Positions 1 through 10,224 of a stretch of DNA of 64,000 nucleotides are shown one piece after another (the stretch's first letter is position 1; each line of letters starts with the position of its first letter). The notes under the pieces were generated by a model. The model did no database searches, was not told where the DNA came from, and saw nothing but the letters and a program-made list of their open reading frames with translations. The stretch is taken from assembly GCA_964578625.1 (NCBI GenBank), contig CAZODQ010000002.1:22036-86035 (forward strand). The letters are read 5' to 3'. This DNA is from an uncultured Actinomycetota bacterium. Its GTDB lineage: Bacteria; Actinomycetota; Humimicrobiia; Humimicrobiales; Humimicrobiaceae. Position numbers and translations under genes: made by a program.

Positions 1-658
1 CCAGATTATTATCAATAAGAGCTTTTTTATAACCCTGAAGTCTTTCACGAGTAGCAAGAGAGTCGATCGGCCCGCTTATCACAGCTATCTTTTCATGTCC
101 TATATTTATAAAATAATTAGTAATCTCATAAGCAGCAAGCTTATCAGCATAATTAACACAATAATCATTTCTTGTAGTATAACAATATGTATATACCACT
201 GGCTTATTTAACTTTCTTCTAATAATACCAGTTACATCTCTGGGATGAACTCCAATATATATTATCCCTTCAATCTGTCTGCTTAATAAAACATCTATAC
301 TTTCAGAGATCTCTGAAATGCAACTGTTAATTTCGGAATATTTAATACCAATTCGTTTACTGAGTCTCAGGTTGGTTAATATAACATGGAATCCTTGTTC
401 CTCAACAAATTTATTAATCCCATCTATTATACTTGAAGAGTTAAAAACTGTTATATCCTCTGCAATAATACCAATAGTATTAGTCCTACTGGTCCTTAAG
501 CTCTTGGCAATTATATTTCTTTTGTAGTTCATTTCACTAACAATTTTAAGAATTCTACTACGGGTCTCCTCGCTTATTTGTCCATTATTATTAAGCACAT
601 ACGACACTGTAGCTGTCGAAACACCGGCCTTTTTCGCAATATCCTTAATTGTAGACAT
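1..658 (-). CDS. LacI/GalR-family transcriptional regulator (C-terminal end runs off the window edge)
   Basis: Absent from the ORF track because it is open at the window edge. Hand translation of the reverse strand from ATG at 658-656 gives MSTIKDIAKKAGVSTATVSYVLNNNGQISEETRSRILKIVSEMNYKRNIIAKSLRTSRTNTIGIIAEDI... This is a typical LacI-type N-terminal HTH followed by a sugar-binding (periplasmic-binding-fold) domain. Confidence 0.9.
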   Translation of the reverse strand, partial: MSTIKDIAKKAGVSTATVSYVLNNNGQISEETRSRILKIVSEMNYKRNIIAKSLRTSRTNTIGIIAEDITVFNSSSIIDGINKFVEEQGFHVILTNLRLSKRIGIKYSEINSCISEISESIDVLLSRQIEGIIYIGVHPRDVTGIIRRKLNKPVVYTYCYTTRNDYCVNYADKLAAYEITNYFINIGHEKIAVISGPIDSLATRERLQGYKKALIDNNL

Positions 659-727
659 CTCTTTTTATCACTTCCCTTATTCTGCCCTTTATCTGACTGA
701 TTTAAATATCATTACATAATTAGATTA

Positions 728-753
728 AAGGTTTTCGTTTTAAATAAAACCTT
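728..753. repeat. Inverted repeat AAGGTTTT-N10-AAAACCTT, between the GH127 operon end and the LacI-family gene start. Function unassigned; possibly a weak terminator or operator.
   Basis: 8-bp perfect arms at 728-735 and 746-753, read directly from the sequence. Lies about 70 nt upstream of the regulator start codon. Confidence 0.3.
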
Positions 754-974
754 ATGTATACTTATTGACCTTTTCTTTCTATTTGATTTTCTTGCTTTTA
801 TTATTTTAACCTATATTAACTCGCCTTTAAATATGTTTAAGTAGAGGTATTTAGGTATCTATTTCCTAAAATAACAGCCATTATGTTTTCTTCCTTAGTT
901 TTTTTAAAATATTTTGCTTGCTGTATTTATTTTTCTTTTTAAAACTTATTACAAATTACTAAAACTACTACTTT

Positions 975-2927
975 TTATCTCTCTTTAATCCATACAACCA
1001 TTTCACCTGGAGTACGGTTTGCCCAGGCATAATATGGTATAAATTTTATATTAACAGGTCGATATTGTGACTCTATATTAGCTTTGTACAGTTCTTCATC
1101 CCATGATGAATTATATCTTTCTGCTTTGGCATCTATAGTTATTATCCCGCCCAGCAGATTATTATTAAACTCTGCCTTTAATTCAGATTTACTGGTTAAC
1201 ACGATCTCATGTAAGTTCGGCCCATTATCAATCTCTTCAAGACAGTAAACAACAGGTCCGCGTTGAACTGCGACTTTCCCCATATTCGCCCTAACATTTG
1301 GATGTGCTTTTATACGTTTTATCGTCATTGGTAAAATCAACTCAACAACGTCCCCGTTCTTCCAGATCCGTTTTAATTTAATATAACCATTTACCTTGTT
1401 ATTATAAACATCGATCTCATTACGATTGATATATATTTTTGCATTTTCACACCATCCGGGAATACGCAGTAAAAGTGAAAATTCCTTCTCCTCATCCAGA
1501 GAAATACTGATCTTTACTTCCTCACTCCAGGGATACTTTGTTTCCTGCATTATTTTTACCCTACTTCCAGACATTTCTACCTCTACTTTGCTGCTAATAT
1601 ACAAATGGGTGTATACTTCATCATTATATGTTGAATATATGTATTTACCAATAGAAGCTAATAATCTTGCAACATTTGGCGGACAGCAAGCACAACTAAA
1701 CCAAGGTTGTCTGGTTACCTTTACATGTTCCTTTATTCTGCTTTTTTCACTTGCTTCCGGCCAAACCTCAAGTGGATTTACATAAAAAAATTCTTTTCCG
1801 TCAAGTGATATACCACTAATAACTGAATTATATAATACTTTTTCCATAACATCCGAATAGATGTTATTTACATCAATTTGAAGCATTCTATGTGCAAAGA
1901 ATACCAGACCTATTGATGCACAGGTTTCAGAATAAATAGTATCATTAGGCAGATCATAGTCGAACGTAAAAGATTCTCCGTATGAAGTGGATCCTATACC
2001 CCCGGTGATGTACATTCTTTTTAATACAATATTTCTCCACAGCTTTTTACATGCATCTATTAATGTTTTGTCGCCAGTTTCTATTGCAACATCCGCCATG
2101 CCGGAATATAAATATACAGCCCTGACACTGTGCCCTTCAGCTGTATTTTGACTGCGTACAGGTAGATGAGCTTGATAATATCTTAAACTTAATCTATCCA
2201 ATACTTTATTTGATTTCTCCCCTCTGGCCTCCGCTTCTTTATTAAAATAATTAGGATCTTTGCCCCGTTCATCTATAAAATATTTACTAAGATAAAGATA
2301 TTTTTTTTCACCGGTAATCCTGTAGAGTTTGACCAGAGCAAGTTCGATTTCCTCATGACCTGGAAATCCCTTTTTTTTATTTGGCTCTGTTCCAAATACT
2401 GTATTAATATGATCTGCAAGTCGACAGACCACATCAAGCAGCTTTCGTTTCCCTGTAGCTTCAAAGTAAGCTACAGCAGCTTCAATCATATGCCCTGCAC
2501 AATAAAGCTCATGGCCATCACGAAGATCGGTCCATTTACTATTAGGTTTCTTAATTGTAAAATATGTATTTAAATATCCATCTTTCTGCTGTGCTTTTGC
2601 AATAATATCAATGATTTCATCAGCCTTTTTCTCCAATTCAGGATCCGGATTTTCATTCAAGCTAAACCCTACGGCTTCCAGCCATTTAGCAAGATCGCTA
2701 TCTTGAAAAATTTGCCCATAAAACTCACCTTCGGATAGACCGGCAGCGATTTTAAAGTTCCTTATAGCATGACTGGGCTCTTTACCATTGATATAATCAT
2801 TCAATACATCCCATTGATATGTGATCACTACATTTTTAACCAGACTAATATATCTCCCCCAAAATTCATCATTAATTTCTACACTCTTATTTAACACAGG
2901 TCTTTTAAAATGATTATTTGATTTCAT
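975..2927 (-). CDS. Glycoside hydrolase family 127 (beta-L-arabinofuranosidase, HypBA1/DUF1680-like)
   Basis: 650-aa ORF with the size and sequence pattern typical of GH127, e.g. GHELYCAGHMIEAAVAYFEATGKRKLLDV, YITGGIGS and the C-terminal cysteine-containing segment PWFSCACCPPNVARL. Confidence 0.85.
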   Translation of the reverse strand: MKSNNHFKRPVLNKSVEINDEFWGRYISLVKNVVITYQWDVLNDYINGKEPSHAIRNFKIAAGLSEGEFYGQIFQDSDLAKWLEAVGFSLNENPDPELEKKADEIIDIIAKAQQKDGYLNTYFTIKKPNSKWTDLRDGHELYCAGHMIEAAVAYFEATGKRKLLDVVCRLADHINTVFGTEPNKKKGFPGHEEIELALVKLYRITGEKKYLYLSKYFIDERGKDPNYFNKEAEARGEKSNKVLDRLSLRYYQAHLPVRSQNTAEGHSVRAVYLYSGMADVAIETGDKTLIDACKKLWRNIVLKRMYITGGIGSTSYGESFTFDYDLPNDTIYSETCASIGLVFFAHRMLQIDVNNIYSDVMEKVLYNSVISGISLDGKEFFYVNPLEVWPEASEKSRIKEHVKVTRQPWFSCACCPPNVARLLASIGKYIYSTYNDEVYTHLYISSKVEVEMSGSRVKIMQETKYPWSEEVKISISLDEEKEFSLLLRIPGWCENAKIYINRNEIDVYNNKVNGYIKLKRIWKNGDVVELILPMTIKRIKAHPNVRANMGKVAVQRGPVVYCLEEIDNGPNLHEIVLTSKSELKAEFNNNLLGGIITIDAKAERYNSSWDEELYKANIESQYRPVNIKFIPYYAWANRTPGEMVVWIKER

Positions 2928-2980
2928 AAAGAGTCAAACCTTTCATAAAATTTTAATATAACGTTATTAATATACTTGCT

Positions 2981-3805
2981 TTATTCTTTCAATCCTGATA
3001 AAGTTACGCTCTTTACAAAAAAGTCTTGAGCAAATAAGAAAAAAACCAAGACAGGAAGCAAGCTAATAAAAGTACCAGCCATCAACACCGGCCAGTTAGT
3101 GGCATACATACCCTGCATATTCGCTAATCCAAGTGGCAGAGTCATATTCTCTATGCTGCTTATAAATATAAGGGGTCTAATAAAGTCATTCCACATACCC
3201 ATAAAAATAAACACACCTAAAGTTGCCAGAGCAGGTTTTGATAACGGAAGAAATATTCTCCAATATGTTGAAAAGGGATTGCAACCGTCAATTTTTGCAG
3301 CATCTTCCAGTGAAGCTGGTATGGTCAAGTAAAATTGACGCATCAAAAACGTACCGAATGCTGTTGCAAGATCAGTCAAAATCAGAGAAGGAAGTCTGTC
3401 AATCAGACCTAAAGATCGCATAATTAAAAAAACTGGTATCAGGGTCACGTGAACAGGGATCATCATAGTTGCTAAATACACTAAGAATATTACATCTCTA
3501 AATCTGAATTTAAGCCTGGCAAAAACATAACCTCCCAGTGAACTTGTAAACAATTGACAGACTACGACAACAGACGTTACTATCGAACTATTTATAAAAA
3601 AACGTCCAAACGGATATCTTTCAGAAATATTTATATAATTGTCCCATCTAATAGTATCTCCTATTATAGAAGGCGGGTAAGAAAAGACTTCATCTGTTGA
3701 CTTTAAAGATGTGCTTAACATCCATAAGAAAGGAGCAATCATGACTAAAGAACCTATTATAAGAACTATATAAAGTATTATTTTCGATGGGTTTTTTTTC
3801 TTCAT
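2981..3805 (-). CDS. Carbohydrate ABC transporter permease (MalG-like)
   Basis: 274 aa, six hydrophobic segments, EAA-loop motif LEDAAKIDGCNPFSTYWRIFLPLSKPAL. Confidence 0.9.
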   Translation of the reverse strand: MKKKNPSKIILYIVLIIGSLVMIAPFLWMLSTSLKSTDEVFSYPPSIIGDTIRWDNYINISERYPFGRFFINSSIVTSVVVVCQLFTSSLGGYVFARLKFRFRDVIFLVYLATMMIPVHVTLIPVFLIMRSLGLIDRLPSLILTDLATAFGTFLMRQFYLTIPASLEDAAKIDGCNPFSTYWRIFLPLSKPALATLGVFIFMGMWNDFIRPLIFISSIENMTLPLGLANMQGMYATNWPVLMAGTFISLLPVLVFFLFAQDFFVKSVTLSGLKE

Positions 3806-3822
3806 TTTATACTCCTTCTTGG

Positions 3823-4704
3823 TTAAATCACTACCCTTCTTCTTTGATACAAAAATTGAACAACTGCAAAAATCAGTACTAAGAAAAAGAGCACATAAGC
3901 TATTGCACTTGCGTATCCCATTCTGAAATATTTAAAAGCATTCTGATATAAATAAAAAACTAAGACAGAGGTTGATCTAGCTGGTCCGCCGTAAGTCATC
4001 ATGTAAATAAGGTCAAATGCCTGGAAAGTATTTATAACTGCTATTATTAGGATAAAAAGTGTAGTATGGGAAAGAAGTGGAACCGTAATATGAAAAAATT
4101 TTTGAAACCAGTTTGCCCCGTCTATATCTGCCGATTCATAATAACTTTTTGGTATTCCCTGTAAACCTGCTAAAAAAAGCAGCATGTTAAATCCTATTCC
4201 CTTCCATATGCTGGTTATTATTATAGACGGCATAGCCCATTTTAAACTTGTTAACCAGCCGGGTCCTTTTATACCCATTAAACTCAAAATATAATTTATC
4301 AATCCAAATTGTGGATTATACATCCACATCCATACCAGGCTTGTAGCTACCCAGGATGCTATTACAGGAAGAAAAAATGCAGCTCTAAATATTCTTACAC
4401 CCTTTATACGCTGATTTAAAGCTACAGCTAAAAAAAGTGAGATTATAACTCCTATTGGGACTGTCCCGAGGGCAAAATAAATTGTATTCCATAATGATTT
4501 TAAAAATATTTCATCCTTGAACAACTCAATATAATTATGGAAACCTACCCATTCCATCGGTGACATCATATTCCATTTAGTAAAGCTGAGGAAAAAAGAA
4601 GCTAATAAAGGAAACAATGAAAACACTAAAAAGACTATAAGATTAGGCAGTAAAAGAATAAATCCCCATGTACTTTCCCTATTTAAAAGTTTTTTAAATT
4701 TCAT
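3823..4704 (-). CDS. Carbohydrate ABC transporter permease (MalF-like)
   Basis: 293 aa, multi-pass membrane protein, EAA-loop motif YESADIDGANWFQKFFHITVPLL. Adjacent to the second permease and the binding protein. Confidence 0.9.
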   Translation of the reverse strand: MKFKKLLNRESTWGFILLLPNLIVFLVFSLFPLLASFFLSFTKWNMMSPMEWVGFHNYIELFKDEIFLKSLWNTIYFALGTVPIGVIISLFLAVALNQRIKGVRIFRAAFFLPVIASWVATSLVWMWMYNPQFGLINYILSLMGIKGPGWLTSLKWAMPSIIITSIWKGIGFNMLLFLAGLQGIPKSYYESADIDGANWFQKFFHITVPLLSHTTLFILIIAVINTFQAFDLIYMMTYGGPARSTSVLVFYLYQNAFKYFRMGYASAIAYVLFFLVLIFAVVQFLYQRRRVVI

Positions 4705-4730
4705 TTAACTTTACCTTTTAGTCAAATTAT

Positions 4731-4762
4731 ATGCAGCCCCTGTTGGTACACAGGGGCTGCAT
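4731..4762 (-). promoter_or_regulatory. GC-rich intercistronic stem-loop between the solute-binding-protein gene and the first permease gene
   Basis: 13-bp perfect stem ATGCAGCCCCTGT / ACAGGGGCTGCAT with a 6-nt loop. No U-tract follows on the minus strand, so it looks like an mRNA stabiliser or partial attenuator rather than a full terminator. Confidence 0.55.
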
Positions 4763-4816
4763 ACCTACCCACTGCTCAAGCTATTTACGGGGGCTTGAAC
4801 ACTTAATCGTTTACCA

Positions 4817-6199
4817 TTATTGTGCTGCATTAAATTCTTCAAGTTCTGCATTTGCTCTGTCTTCAATATTTTGAAGTGCTGTATCTACATCTATATCACC
4901 AGCTAAGAATCCACCCAATTCTTCCGTAAAGATATCATTAACTTTCAAATCTGCATTTACTGCTGTCGGCTCTACTAGTGCATCCTCGAAATATGGACAC
5001 ATATCCAAAAATCCTTCTGGATGAACATCGGGATTATACCATTTTGCTATACCCTCTTCTGTATAACTCTCTCTCCTATTAGGCATCCATAATCCCTCTT
5101 TAACATTCTGGAGCTGATATTCATCGCCGGAAAGGAAGTTGAGCAAAGCCCAGGCTTCCTCAGGATGTTCAGTTTCTGCCCATGCGGCATGTACGTGTGC
5201 TTGACCATGGGTAATAGCTTCTTTAAATTTCGGCAGTACGCCAACACCGACTGGAAAGTCCAATGTTGCAAGTTCCTGAAGAGCCCAGGACCCATCTATC
5301 AGCATTGCAATTCTTCCGGTTTGAAGCATATTAGCTGCAGATATAAATACGTCCGGATCTATCTGTGCAGCTAAAAAGCTTGATCCGTCTACTACTCTAA
5401 GATCATAAATTTCCTGCATAACTTCTGCTGCTTCAGGTGTATTAATCGTGGTTTTGGTTATATTATTATTATCATCCCAGTAACTACCGCCATTAGACAT
5501 TATAAGTGCTGAGAACATGTATGAGTTCTCCAGCCCGTATACACCATACTGAACCGTATCGCCATTTTCAACTATTGTTAATTGCTTAGCAATATCACGG
5601 AACTCATCCCAGGTCCATGCCTCGTCAGGATCACTCGGCGGATAATCCATACCGGCTGCATCAAAAATATCTTTATTATAATAAAGAACAGGAGAAACAG
5701 TACAACTGCTTATGCCATATACTTTATTATCCACATTCATTATTTCTGCAGAATTAGTTATATAATCATCGATATTATAATTCTCACTAAAGCGATCAGT
5801 TAAATCCAGTAGATTTCCCCCTTTTACAAATGAACGATAGTCATAAGCAAAACAGAAGAAAACATCCGGACAGGTACCGGCCATCATCATTGTAAGAATC
5901 TTGGAAGTATACTGATCGTGTGGTATAGGATTATAATCAACGGTGATATTTGGATTTTCAGACATAAAGATATCCAGTCCATTTTGTACACTTTGCGTTT
6001 CCAATGGACTTACTTCCCATCCTACAAACTTTAGGTTTACAGGTTCTTTAGTTGCCACTGCTGCTTCCGTTGTTGTTGCCACTACTTCTTCTTCTCCTGC
6101 TGCTACTGCTCCACCTTTTTCACAACCTACTAAAGTAAAAGTTGCAGCCATTGCTATACTTAATATTACCACTAACACATATAACAATGATCTCTTCAT
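4817..6199 (-). CDS. ABC transporter extracellular solute-binding lipoprotein (family 1, sugar-type)
   Basis: 460 aa. Signal peptide with lipobox LVGC, an Ala/Glu/Thr-rich linker, then a typical sugar SBP fold sequence. First gene of the SBP-permease-permease-GH127 string. Confidence 0.9.
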   Translation of the reverse strand: MKRSLLYVLVVILSIAMAATFTLVGCEKGGAVAAGEEEVVATTTEAAVATKEPVNLKFVGWEVSPLETQSVQNGLDIFMSENPNITVDYNPIPHDQYTSKILTMMMAGTCPDVFFCFAYDYRSFVKGGNLLDLTDRFSENYNIDDYITNSAEIMNVDNKVYGISSCTVSPVLYYNKDIFDAAGMDYPPSDPDEAWTWDEFRDIAKQLTIVENGDTVQYGVYGLENSYMFSALIMSNGGSYWDDNNNITKTTINTPEAAEVMQEIYDLRVVDGSSFLAAQIDPDVFISAANMLQTGRIAMLIDGSWALQELATLDFPVGVGVLPKFKEAITHGQAHVHAAWAETEHPEEAWALLNFLSGDEYQLQNVKEGLWMPNRRESYTEEGIAKWYNPDVHPEGFLDMCPYFEDALVEPTAVNADLKVNDIFTEELGGFLAGDIDVDTALQNIEDRANAELEEFNAAQ

Positions 6200-6418
6200 T
6201 TTTTAAATCCTTTCTTTGTAACACTTTGAATTGCTAAAAACAAAATACTTCTTATACTAATCCCCTCCTTTAATTCTTTACTTTTTATATCATTTCTGAT
6301 AACTTTTTTTTGAGATTTGTTTGGGATACGGTTTTAATATATCATTATATTAATCATCCTGGACAAATCTCTTTATATTTTATACCTTTCACCTCCTTTT
6401 ATTTTCTTGTATTCTTAT

Positions 6419-7129
6419 TTACTTTATTCTCTTATATTCTTCAACTACATATTTTTGGTCCCCGGATACTTTAGAAGTAATTAAAATATTACCAATTACA
6501 GAATCAGAAGGCCCTGTATAAATAAAATGCCATGAATGATTGACAGCTGCCAATAAATAAGGATGTTCCCCTAATTCATCTTCGTTATATTTAGTAACTG
6601 GAGGAGAGAGAGAATCGACTTTTTTTGCTATAATAAATATTCCGTATCTTGGGTCATCTTGAAGCTTTTCTTGTTCTATATCCCAAATATAACTTAATAC
6701 ATTATAAAAGAGATCAGGAGCTTCACTTGCAGTATAGTCAAAAACTATTTTTTCCCCATCTTCTCTTTGTACAGATATCATGTTGTATACATCCTCATTA
6801 GCATTTTCAAATTGAGAGTGGTATTCATCTTCAAGATCAAAAAATCTATTTTCTTCAATGACTTCGGTAAGATCCTTCATTTCTTTTTCTGTAAGTGTTC
6901 CTGATTTATATGACTTTATCTCTTCAAGATAATAAAAAAACTCAGTAAATCCTGTTTTGCTTATACTTAAATAAGAATTTTCCATATTACCACCTGATTT
7001 ATATAGAAGGTAATCATCATTTGATAGGTAGTCTATAGGTGTTGTAGGGGTACAAGCATATAAAGCTATAAAATTAATTAGGATAATTATAATTAGTAAA
7101 AGCCAATATTTCTTAATCAAAATATACAC
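6419..7129 (-). CDS. Hypothetical lipoprotein
   Basis: 236-aa ORF with an N-terminal signal peptide ending in LYAC (lipobox-like). No motif I recognise. Confidence 0.6.
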   Translation of the reverse strand: MYILIKKYWLLLIIIILINFIALYACTPTTPIDYLSNDDYLLYKSGGNMENSYLSISKTGFTEFFYYLEEIKSYKSGTLTEKEMKDLTEVIEENRFFDLEDEYHSQFENANEDVYNMISVQREDGEKIVFDYTASEAPDLFYNVLSYIWDIEQEKLQDDPRYGIFIIAKKVDSLSPPVTKYNEDELGEHPYLLAAVNHSWHFIYTGPSDSVIGNILITSKVSGDQKYVVEEYKRIK

Positions 7130-7386
7130 TCCTTTTATTTTTTTATTTTTTTTTGATTATTCAAATTATCTAAGCAAGATATGATATTTTTCTCCTTGGA
7201 CTTTGATGAAAATTCTTTAATAAGTAAGTTAATCGATTAAGTAATGATAATATAATCCTTTTTAAATGTCAATATTATTTATATTAACTTTTATAGCTTA
7301 CTGTTTTAACATATATCGATTGTTTTTATTTTAAAAATATAAAAACATTCAGATTATTCTTGTAAAACTGTATAATATTAACTGTT

Positions 7387-7695
7387 ATGGGGAACCTTTC
7401 AATAATTATAATTCTTTCATGTATAATAATAGGCCTTGCAATATATCTCAGGGAAAAACCCAAAGAACTTCAGAAAGAGATCGACAGACTCAGAAAATCT
7501 ATCGCCTCCGAAGGTTTAAGCTTTGAGCAGGTTGAATATAAGATCGTTAACTTAAAAAAAGATGTATCCAGTAAAAGAAATTCTTTAAAGACCGGAAGGA
7601 TATATAAAAAAGATATTGACAGTTATTTTAAAGAACTTGAAGTTAAGATTGATGATATTACCAGTAATTTTTTTCTAAAAAATACAAAAAGGTAA
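7387..7695 (+). CDS. Small hypothetical membrane-anchored coiled-coil protein
   Basis: 102-aa ORF with one N-terminal TM segment (LSIIIILSCIIIGLAIYL) followed by a charged helical region. TATAAT at 7371-7376 lies only about 10 nt upstream of the ATG, giving a very short leader with no SD. Confidence 0.4.
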   Translation: MGNLSIIIILSCIIIGLAIYLREKPKELQKEIDRLRKSIASEGLSFEQVEYKIVNLKKDVSSKRNSLKTGRIYKKDIDSYFKELEVKIDDITSNFFLKNTKR

Positions 7696-7717
7696 TAAGC
7701 TGCAATTTTCCACCTTA

Positions 7718-10174
7718 TTAATCAAGCATTATGTCTTCAAGGTTTAGGTCGTTTACACTGAATAAAAATTTTTGCTCTGTATCAGGAGAATCTGGGCCAT
7801 CCCATGAAAATGTAAATCCATCATAATAATAGCTGCTCCAATCCATAGTTGTTTTTTCATATAAGTATCCAGGGCCCCTTTCCGTAGTAATATCAAGATA
7901 ATAATTTCCAGCCATAAAATCATCTTCTATAGTAATATCAATAGGAATCCATCCATAACCCGGAATATTGATCTCGACCCAGGCGTGACCCATATCTATT
8001 TTCTTATCCCTATCATATAGAATTGTATATACAGGTATTCCGGAAGAAAACCTTGCAGGTATCCCTACCGATCTCAGGAGTGCAGTATAAAGTATAGCGT
8101 AATCTGCGCATACGCCTGCTCCCCTCTGTAGTATCTCCGATGCATAAAGAAACTCATAATCCCTATCTTTAGCACGTTGATAATCATAATCAAGATTTTT
8201 TATAACAAAATTATAAAGGATTTTAACTATTTCAACAGGATCAGATTCATTTCCGACCAGCGATTTTGCAGTATTATAAATTATTGGATTATCTGAATCT
8301 ACAAACAAATCATCTGCAGTATATTTTTTTAAAATTTCATCATCTTTACCGTATTCCCGTATGGTACTTTCATAATCTTTATATTGAAATTCACAAACGG
8401 TTACATCAGCTTCTATAGATGCGGTTAAGCTTTCCCCGCCCAACAACTCATCTTCAAATTTAAAGTTAACAAGTTCGTTCCATTCATTATCTAATACTTC
8501 TGAAATATTTTTAATATTAGTTTCATATCCGTTTACTATTTGAAACGGATAATAGGTTTGGGGTATTCTCATCAAACATTCGATATCCTTTAAACTTCCG
8601 GGACTATTATTTATCAAAATATACTCTATCTTTACAGTGAACGTATGGTTGACTTCTGATATAATTGGTGAATTTCTCTTCGCTACTGCTATAGTTTTAG
8701 AAACTTCACTGCTTTCCAATCCATCATCAACTATTAATCTTACAGTATGTTCCCCCGCTTCATCAAAATAATAGGAGAAAGAGTCTTCGCTGGAACATTC
8801 TACATCATCAATCAGCCATTTGTAGGTTAGGTCATCTCCATTGAGATCATAAGCCTTCTTAGCGGATAAATAAACCGGAATTTTTGTCTGGTAATATCCA
8901 TCCAGGGTATCTCCAAAAACTTCGATTATAGCTTCAGGAGGAACGTTGGCTCCCTGTTCGCTATCAGTATAAAAATCTTCTTTGCTTGAATACCCATCTG
9001 ATAGTTCTATTATAGACAGCCCTTCCATTCCATCAGCTATATATCCGTAATTACCTCTTATTGTTATATCACATGAAGTCCCGAAAGTTTTCAGGTTGTC
9101 TACAACTAAAGGATTATTGCCATCTGACACATCTACGGTATATATTCCTCCCGAAAGGCTTGAAATATAAATAAAACCGCCGACAGTATCCATTTCCCAT
9201 GCCCCTCCGGGGATACTGCAATTTCCGAGAACTTTCGGTTTGGATATATCTTTTATATCTATCACCTGTAACATGCTTACAGTATATTTCTCGTTTTCCT
9301 CATCCCACTCCCAGTTTGAGATATATGCATTTTTATTAAGTATATATATACCCCATGCATTGGATAAAACACCGCATGAATTTATAAGTTCCGGACTCTT
9401 TTTATCTTTTGTATCTATTATAAGAAGACTGCTGATTCCGGTATACTCTTTCTTTTGATAATCGTAATAATTTACATTAACATAAGCTTTATTATCTTCT
9501 ATCCATATGCCTGATGGTATACCACCCATTTCATACCAGCCTGCAGCTACTGGAGCTTCTTTATTTGAAATATCTATTATTTCAAGTCTGCTTTTTCCAG
9601 AATTTTTTTCCATAACAGATGTACTGATATAAGCATAATCACCTTCAATAAAAAGGCAATTTACAGATTTCATATTACCCTCTCCAGTATTATAGTTATA
9701 AATTAATTTGGGATTATCCTTTTCTTTTACATCTACAATATAAAATCCGCAATCAGTATATTCTTCATTATCGTTGTTCTTTTTGTAAGAATAATATGAA
9801 ATGTAGGCATAATCATCATTTACAATCACAATATTAGCAGAATCTAACCCCAGACATTTACCAATTACCAAAGGGTTTTCCTTCTCTCTAATGTCTATTA
9901 TATATAAGATACCCAGGTCATTTGTAAGGTAGGCATAATTGCCGCTTACATCAACATCTATAGCCTGGCCTGATACTTTAAGGCTGCTTATAAGACTGGA
10001 GTTTGGAACTCCTGTAAATTCCATTTCTTCAACCGGTTCCTCATCTTCTTTAACATTTTGATTATTACTCGTTTCGTTTTGGATTTTAAATGGCAGATAG
10101 CAGCAGGATGTGAGGCTTAAGGATGGTATTAAAATTAAAATTAGTAATATAAATGATATTTTTCTAATAGTCAT
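7718..10174 (-). CDS. Large surface lipoprotein: LVIVD-repeat beta-propeller + PKD-like domain + transglutaminase-like cysteine-protease core
   Basis: 818 aa. Signal peptide with lipobox LTSC. Repeated G-NYAY(L/I)(S/T)-...-L-IIDI units (LVIVD-type). PKD-like segment YKWLIDDVECSSEDSFSYYFDEAGEHTVRLIVDDG. C-terminal transglutaminase core GAGVCADYAILYTALLRSVGIPARF ... GHAWVEI ... IPIDIT. Confidence 0.75.
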   Translation of the reverse strand: MTIRKISFILLILILIPSLSLTSCCYLPFKIQNETSNNQNVKEDEEPVEEMEFTGVPNSSLISSLKVSGQAIDVDVSGNYAYLTNDLGILYIIDIREKENPLVIGKCLGLDSANIVIVNDDYAYISYYSYKKNNDNEEYTDCGFYIVDVKEKDNPKLIYNYNTGEGNMKSVNCLFIEGDYAYISTSVMEKNSGKSRLEIIDISNKEAPVAAGWYEMGGIPSGIWIEDNKAYVNVNYYDYQKKEYTGISSLLIIDTKDKKSPELINSCGVLSNAWGIYILNKNAYISNWEWDEENEKYTVSMLQVIDIKDISKPKVLGNCSIPGGAWEMDTVGGFIYISSLSGGIYTVDVSDGNNPLVVDNLKTFGTSCDITIRGNYGYIADGMEGLSIIELSDGYSSKEDFYTDSEQGANVPPEAIIEVFGDTLDGYYQTKIPVYLSAKKAYDLNGDDLTYKWLIDDVECSSEDSFSYYFDEAGEHTVRLIVDDGLESSEVSKTIAVAKRNSPIISEVNHTFTVKIEYILINNSPGSLKDIECLMRIPQTYYPFQIVNGYETNIKNISEVLDNEWNELVNFKFEDELLGGESLTASIEADVTVCEFQYKDYESTIREYGKDDEILKKYTADDLFVDSDNPIIYNTAKSLVGNESDPVEIVKILYNFVIKNLDYDYQRAKDRDYEFLYASEILQRGAGVCADYAILYTALLRSVGIPARFSSGIPVYTILYDRDKKIDMGHAWVEINIPGYGWIPIDITIEDDFMAGNYYLDITTERGPGYLYEKTTMDWSSYYYDGFTFSWDGPDSPDTEQKFLFSVNDLNLEDIMLD

Positions 10175-10224
10175 GAATACTCTATATATTTATTAAACTT
10201 TGGAAGTACGATCTCTGCAAAAAT

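Noticed and set aside
6200-6418. LacI-type palindromic operator upstream of the sugar ABC operon; also searched in 659-974
   Set aside because: I found no palindrome of 14-20 nt with a central CG or the TG...CA ends typical of LacI/GalR operators. Only the short AAGGTTTT/AAAACCTT repeat at 728-753 turned up, and its role is ambiguous.
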